Shown: positions 58,103 to 64,000 of the stretch, piece after piece
Layout: each line of letters starts with the position of its first letter
Numbering within the stretch: position 1 is the stretch's first letter
NCBI RefSeq assembly: GCF_001194135.2
Contig: NC_068997.1
Location: 34,647,673 to 34,711,672, forward strand
Direction of reading: 5' to 3'
Source of the DNA: Octopus bimaculoides
Taxonomy: Eukaryota
DNA length: 64,000 nucleotides
Notes under the pieces: model-generated
The model's input: only the letters and a program-made list of their open reading frames with translations
Told to the model about the DNA's origin: nothing
The model's database searches: none
Program-made: the position numbers and the translations under genes

Positions 58103-58544
58103 ATCAAAATAAGCAACAGGATATCAAGTAGTGATGCATTACGACCGTTTCAAGAGGCTCCACTTAATTGAACAATGTAATCATTACATCAATTTAAATG
58201 CAGTGCCATCTTCAGCTGCACAAATAAATAAATGCAATTTTAGCAAGTAAGACACATAAAGATAATTTTTACCAAATATTTTAACAGAGCAAGAAGATGG
58301 AAAAAATAGTCTAAACTTAGCTACAGAAGCGAAAACATGAATTTCTTCCATCTTCTTGCTCTGTTAAAATATTTGAGAAAAATTATATCAGTGTGTCCTA
58401 CTTATTAACATTCTATTTGTTTATTTGTGCAGCTGAAGATGACACTGCTTTTAAATTGATGTAATGATTGCATTGTTCAATTAGATGGAGCCACTTGAAA
58501 TGGTCGTATGCATCACTACTTGATACCTTGTTGCTTATTTTGAT
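58103..58544. repeat. Imperfect ~200-bp-arm hairpin with a ~40-nt spacer
   Basis: 58103-58302 is the reverse complement of 58346-58544. Confidence 0.9.
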
Positions 58545-58629
58545 TTGATTCACCTTATTTCGGACTGTGCGGATAATACTGGACTGACCTGATGCTTCAA
58601 CTTAAGTATCTAACTCACCTGAATCTCAA

Positions 58630-58873
58630 TTATATATATATATATGCATGTGTGTTTATGTATATGTGTGTGCGTACATCTGTATGTATATGTGCATGTA
58701 TACATATGCATGTGTGTATATATACGTGTATGTATTTATATATATCTATATGCGTGTGTAGGCGTATATATATGCCTGAATGCATATATAAATATGTGTG
58801 TATGTGTGTATATATGTGTGCCTGTATGTATGTGTGATGTATGTGTGTGTATACATTTCTATACACTCACGTG

Positions 58874-58938
<65 letters not shown>

Positions 58939-59103
58939 TCATACACATGAATATATATATACACACAAATATATACACACACTCACACATATATATACAC
59001 ACACACACACGCACGCATATATATATATACATACATACATGCATACATACATATACGCACACATACATGCAGACCCAGGTACACACATATACATAAACAC
59101 ACA
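58630..59103. repeat. (TA)n/(TG)n/(CA)n microsatellite cluster
   Basis: Direct reading. Confidence 0.9.
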
Positions 59104-59105
59104 TA

Positions 59106-59684
59106 CACAGACATGCAGGAAGTAAATAAACACGTATAATTTTCAAAATTTCTTATCTAAGCGTCTTAATATGTTTTCAGCAGTCTAGAATTTACAATGC
59201 AATTATTCTTTTTCATTCACTGTGCCATTATATTGAGCATTTGCGAAGAGTAACCATGCCACGCACAAAAAAATTCAGCACAACTGTCAGATTTTCAAAG
59301 ATGTCGTATTGTTGGGCCATCTAAGGCTAGTCTTAGCCAGCGAAAAATTGCCAAAAATCTTTAAATTCCTCTTGTTACTGTTAATAGAATTATAGTGCAA
59401 TTCAAAAGCCAAGGAAATGAACCAACAGATTCTTGTCCCGGCCGACCTGGGCCCTTGGAAAAGAAGCTTCGCTGTTTGAGGAGAATTGTGGGAAACGAAC
59501 CCCGTTCGAAGGCTTCTGACATTGCAAAACAGCTAGAAGTTAGTCCAAGAACGTGTGTTACATATCTGCATAAGTATGGGTATTATGGAAGAGCAGCTAG
59601 AAGAAAACCTCTCCTTCAACCAATTAATATGAAATAAAAGATTTTGAAAATTAAAGGTGTCTATTTACTTCCTGCATGTCTGTG
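59106..59684 (+). mobile_element. Internally deleted Tc1-like transposon (DNA-binding region only)
   Basis: TA|CACAGACATGCAGGAAGTAAAT ... ATTTACTTCCTGCATGTCTGTG|TA. Translation LSDFQRCRIVG...TVNRII...GRP...GRAARRKPLL, with an in-frame stop. Confidence 0.9.
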
Positions 59685-59835
59685 TACATCTACACACACA
59701 CAAACATACTCATACACATACGCGCACATACATATACACACATGCATACGCACACAAACATATACACACACACACATATATACGCACACAACTATACACA
59801 CATACACGCACAGACACATACAGGCGCACATATAC

Positions 59836-61290
59836 TAGGGCACGTTGATTTTCCACACTTTTCTAGTTAATGATTTTGGACTAACCGAGGTAGTGAGGGC
59901 TTAATATAATAACAACTGACAAAAAATCCATCTGCCTAGCTTTAACCGTATTTTGAGGAAACGGTTTCAAAACACTTCAAAATACTGTAACAAAAAAATA
60001 CCGCATTTTTACCATTTTCGGTCGAGAAAAACATGTTATTGCCATTTGAAAAATCCACACAAATGTTGCATCTTTATTAAAAACAAGAAAAAAACTTGTA
60101 CAAACTCTATAGAGGAGTCAAAGACAAACTTAGATAACAAAATCATGAAGATTTACATTGTAAGAGTCCTTAGAAGCAAAGAAAGGCCTCATACGCTGGC
60201 TTAGAGTTTATCAACTATTATCTGTTTCACATCAAAGCCAGGCCTAAGCAAGTCCATAGTTTGTAAGTCAAGGAGGAGAGCATTAGCAAGACTTGCCCCA
60301 AGACTGGAAGAAAAACCTGATCAATTCCATGGCATATCTGGTGTTTTTCAAAAGACAGTAATATCTACTTGGGTGCCGCCTTGACTTGAACTCGTCATCA
60401 TTAGATGACCGAAATAAAAACAAAAAAAATTAATGAAGAGAAAATGTGGAAGAGAGTGGGAATGGAAGACAAAAAGTAGAGATAAATTAGACTAAAAATG
60501 GATCCACATGTAGGAAAAAATATTATCTACTGATTCTCCCGAGCTGGATCTCAACGAAATATCTTGTGAGCAAGTATAGCCAAACCCACCTCCTGCTGCT
60601 GTTGAACCTGTCTCTGTAATCTTTCTGCCTTAGCTACAACTTTTTAGTTTCTCTTCACAGCAGCTTTATCTACAGACTGGAGCTGGAAAGAGCTCTTGGG
60701 TCCTATTTTCGCCCACTAATCTCTTAAGTATTCCCTTTCCTCTACTGGAATCCGAAATATTCAAGTATATTGAACAGCGGATTTAAGATATGAGATAAAA
60801 TCATGAAAAGATTAATGATTAATTTTTTACACCAGAGGGATTATAGGAGGAAAATGTGTATATTTTCTACTTACCTCCATGGGATTTTCTTCTATTTAAA
60901 AGGCAACTAATCGAGCTAAGTCAGATTAGTTAATAGTTTAAAGAATAGCTTTACTTTCTTACTGAGAGGACATGTGGTGCAGATTATGTACAGAACTTGA
61001 CAATTTTCTTTCGTACGCTTCACAGCATTGTCATCACAAGGCCAAACAGGTAGCTTACAGGTGTAGCAGAAATGTCAAATATTTTATCCAGTTTTTCTCC
61101 GTATTCTGCTTCTTGATCGTGGAAAGAGATTTGCGATTTATGTCTTTTGCTTTCTTGAAACACACTTTATCTACCAATTTCATTACATAATATTCCTCAT
61201 ACAGAGGCAGCCGTGGGTTCACTGTCTGCCAGATCTCAACTACATCCTTTGCTATTATTTTACCAATATCATAGTCTTTCGAGTCCGGGT
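59836..61290 (-). mobile_element. Unclassified DNA-transposon transposase relic
   Basis: Broken translation: IAKDVVEIWQTVNP, LDKIFDISA, Cys-rich segment, EYLRD*.AKIGPK, ASLANALLLDL...IIVDK. Resembles invertebrate transposase-derived proteins from recall only. Confidence 0.45.
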
Positions 61291-61431
61291 GGCTGTTTTG
61301 TGTGTGTATATGGGTGTGTGTATGTATGTATGTGTGTGTGCGTGTGTGTGTATATACGTGTTTAGGTTTGAGTATATATGTTTGCAAATTTGGCTTACAA
61401 AAGTTTCCAGTAGCTTTTGCTATGTGTGAAT

Positions 61432-61680
61432 AGATAAGTGAAAGAATTGGAGTCAACAAGGAGTACGGTTGGACATTTATTTTCAATCGCTACAATTGCT
61501 TCTACTCAACGTAGTCCTCCAGGCGTGCAGATGCATGATTACGCAACCGTTTCCCTGTGTTTTGAGATCTAGCAGTATCTCCTCAGGTGATGTGAAAATA
61601 TTGTCTCCGTAAGTTCAAATTCTAGACTTCAAGAGCATTCTCTCTGTCTGTTGTGACCTCAAGTTAGTAGAAGCCACTTT
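61432..61680 (-). mobile_element. Penelope-like 3' terminal fragment, related to 8108-8560
   Basis: Shared GAGTCAACA.GGA.TACGGTTGGACA.TTATTTT.AATC end; hammerhead-like motif at 61488-61527. Confidence 0.45.
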
Positions 61681-62159
61681 TTCAATTATATATTTATTTA
61701 TATATATATATATATATNNNNNNNNNNNNNNNNNNNNNNNNNNNNNNNNNNNNNNNNNNNNNNNNNNNNNNNNNNNNNNNNNNNNNNNNNNNNNNNNNNN
61801 NNNNNNNNNNNNNNNNNNNNNNNNNNNNNNNNNNNNNNNNNNNNNNNNNNNNNNNNNNNNNNNNNNNNNNNNNNNNNNNNNNNNNNNNNNNNNNNNNNNN
61901 NNNNNNNNNNNNNNNNNNNNNNNNNNNNNNNNNNNNNNNNNNNNNNNNNNNNNNNNNNNNNNNNNNNNNNNNNNNNNNNNNNNNNNNNNNNNNNNNNNNN
62001 NNNNNNNNNNNNNNNNNNNNNNNNNNNNNNNNNNNNNNNNNNNNNNNNNNNNNNNNNNNNNNNNNNNNNNNNNNNNNNTATATATATATATATATATATA
62101 TCAATGAATGAAATTAATATAATAATTGAAGCTAGAAAAACTATAATCTCTCGTCAAGG

Positions 62160-63990
62160 ATTGGAGGACTAAGGAGGACACTCCAGATTGTTTCGATATA
62201 CCGATGGGCACGCAAGACTCCGCTGAAGTCACCGACTTAGTTGGAATTTACCTTTTACACTTACGCAAAGAAGAAATCCCTGAATCGGAAGGTGGGTTTT
62301 ATTTAGACGACGCACTGTTTTTAGTTAGAAATACCTCCAACAGAAAACTTGAGCTATACAAAAAAAGATCCCACATCTTCTTCAAAAACCAAGGACTAGC
62401 CATCACCATTGAAAAAAATTACAACTCAGTGAACTTCTTAGACGTTAACTTTAACCTTAATACATCATCTTATCAACCTTACTATAAACCTGATAATAAT
62501 ATCACACACATACATGCATAAAGTTACCATCCTTATAATATAAATAATCTAACTTCTAACATAGAAAGTAGAATTAACTTATTATCATCCAATGAGGAAA
62601 TTTTTAACAAGCACAAAGACTATTATAATCTAGCACTTAAGAAGGCAGGATATATCGAATTAAGTACAACAAAGACAACAACACCTATTCTAATTATCCC
62701 GATAACTATCGAGATAAGAACAATACTATTACCATATTACTGAACCCACATCAACTAGTAAGTTAGAAAACCCAGACACACAATTAAATTCTCTCAATAA
62801 TAATCATCAGCAATACATTACCAACAGACACAAATCCTACAACAATAAGCATTATATTAATAAACTCTGTAAATATAAGCACCATAACCATAACCTCTGT
62901 AATAGAAAGAATAACACTAATTTTACCAACCCGCAAATCACCAAATACACTGTTAATAATGTAATCAAATACACTATTAATAATGTAATCAAACCCAAGT
63001 ATACGGACAATAACTACCGAAAATAAATAACTATAGATAGAAATAAGAACATGAAGCCTACACACTTCGAAAATCAAACTTATCCCATTGAAAATCAAAC
63101 TTACATCACATCCTTCAAATAATTCACATAACCATATAAATCATATTAATAAAGTTAGGAATAATATAGGAAAAAGAAACCTACACCGTATGTATGAATA
63201 GATGACCCACAAAATATAAACTACGACAATAAAGAAGACAACAATAACATCATTTGGATCATAATGCCTTTTGCAAAACATCTAAAATCTAATTTTATTA
63301 AATCTATTAGAAACATTATTAAAAAGAAAACTTTAAAACCTCTAAATATGCAAAAATATTTAATAACAAAATGATGAGATTTGGATTTTCAGTATCTCCT
63401 AACCTATTTAGGATCCTCTCTTCATTTAACGATAGGAAACTAGACCCATTCTACAATTAAAAAAATAATATACATGCTAACCCCAATAATTCCATATCTA
63501 ATAACAACAATTATCAGAATAACCTAACCTCAATTACCCCTAATACATATAGACATTACAATAGAGTACCTACAAATTGTAATTTCAGAAACCCGAATAC
63601 TTGTGAGGTAGAAGGTAACTGTATTACCCATAATCTCTCAAAATTTGCTTACACTGGATGTACACAAAATTCTTTCAAATTAAGATTAAATAATCATAGA
63701 TCATCCTTTAATGACCATAGAAAAGAAAATAGCACAGGTCTATCTAAAAAGGTTTGGCAACTGAAAAGAAGTAATATCGATTACTCGATTTCTTGTAAAA
63801 TTCTTTCTTCAGCTCCATCTTATAGGGATAATAACAAGATCTGTAACTTATGCCTAGAAGAGAGAAAATAATGAAAATGAACGGTTTTCTTGCAAATTCG
63901 AGGGATGAAATAATTTTTTCATGCAGACATATGTTAAAATTCCTTTTTATTAATCTTAAATAATTTTCCACCCCTTCTTTAACGACGTTC
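62160..63990 (+). mobile_element. Penelope-like element (RT C-terminal half plus GIY-YIG endonuclease), degraded
   Basis: MGTQDSAEVTDLVGIYLL, FYLDDAL, VNFLDVNF, YQPYYKP (62204..62521); later FKLRLNNHRSSF, STGLSKKVWQLK, CNLCLEE. Confidence 0.85.
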
Positions 63991-64000
63991 TTCTTATTAC

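Overview
Eukaryotic, AT-rich, gappy draft-assembly window made almost entirely of transposable-element debris, SINE-like retroposons and microsatellites. The repeat heads, TTAGGG telomeric motif and microsatellite load look like a coleoid cephalopod (octopus-like) genome; this is an inference from recall, not a search. I found no convincing host protein-coding gene, rRNA, functional tRNA or CRISPR array. Recognisable content: CR1-like LINEs (0.3-3.1 kb, 17.7-18.5 kb); three L1/Tx1-like LINE copies on the minus strand (9.7-14.0, 32.2-33.5, 42.8-47.8 kb); six R4/Dong-like restriction-like-endonuclease LINE pieces packed among (AAT)n arrays (20.7-37.3 kb); several Penelope-like (PLE) fragments with hammerhead-ribozyme-like motifs; a DD34D mariner nested in a LINE; a complete-ended DD35D pogo/Fot-like transposon; a Tc1 deletion derivative; an unclassified transposase relic; and five SINE-like families. 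The most unusual structures are a foldback element with telomeric repeats in its core (55475-56377), a cluster of long inverted repeats with hammerhead-like motifs (56.8-58.5 kb), a well-formed minimal hammerhead at 18747-18793, an 8-copy 23-25 bp array at the 5' end of an R4/Dong-like element, a retroposon/Tx1 chimera, and a filled-versus-empty SINE site duplicated across a gap. Boundaries are approximate unless TIRs or TSDs are quoted.
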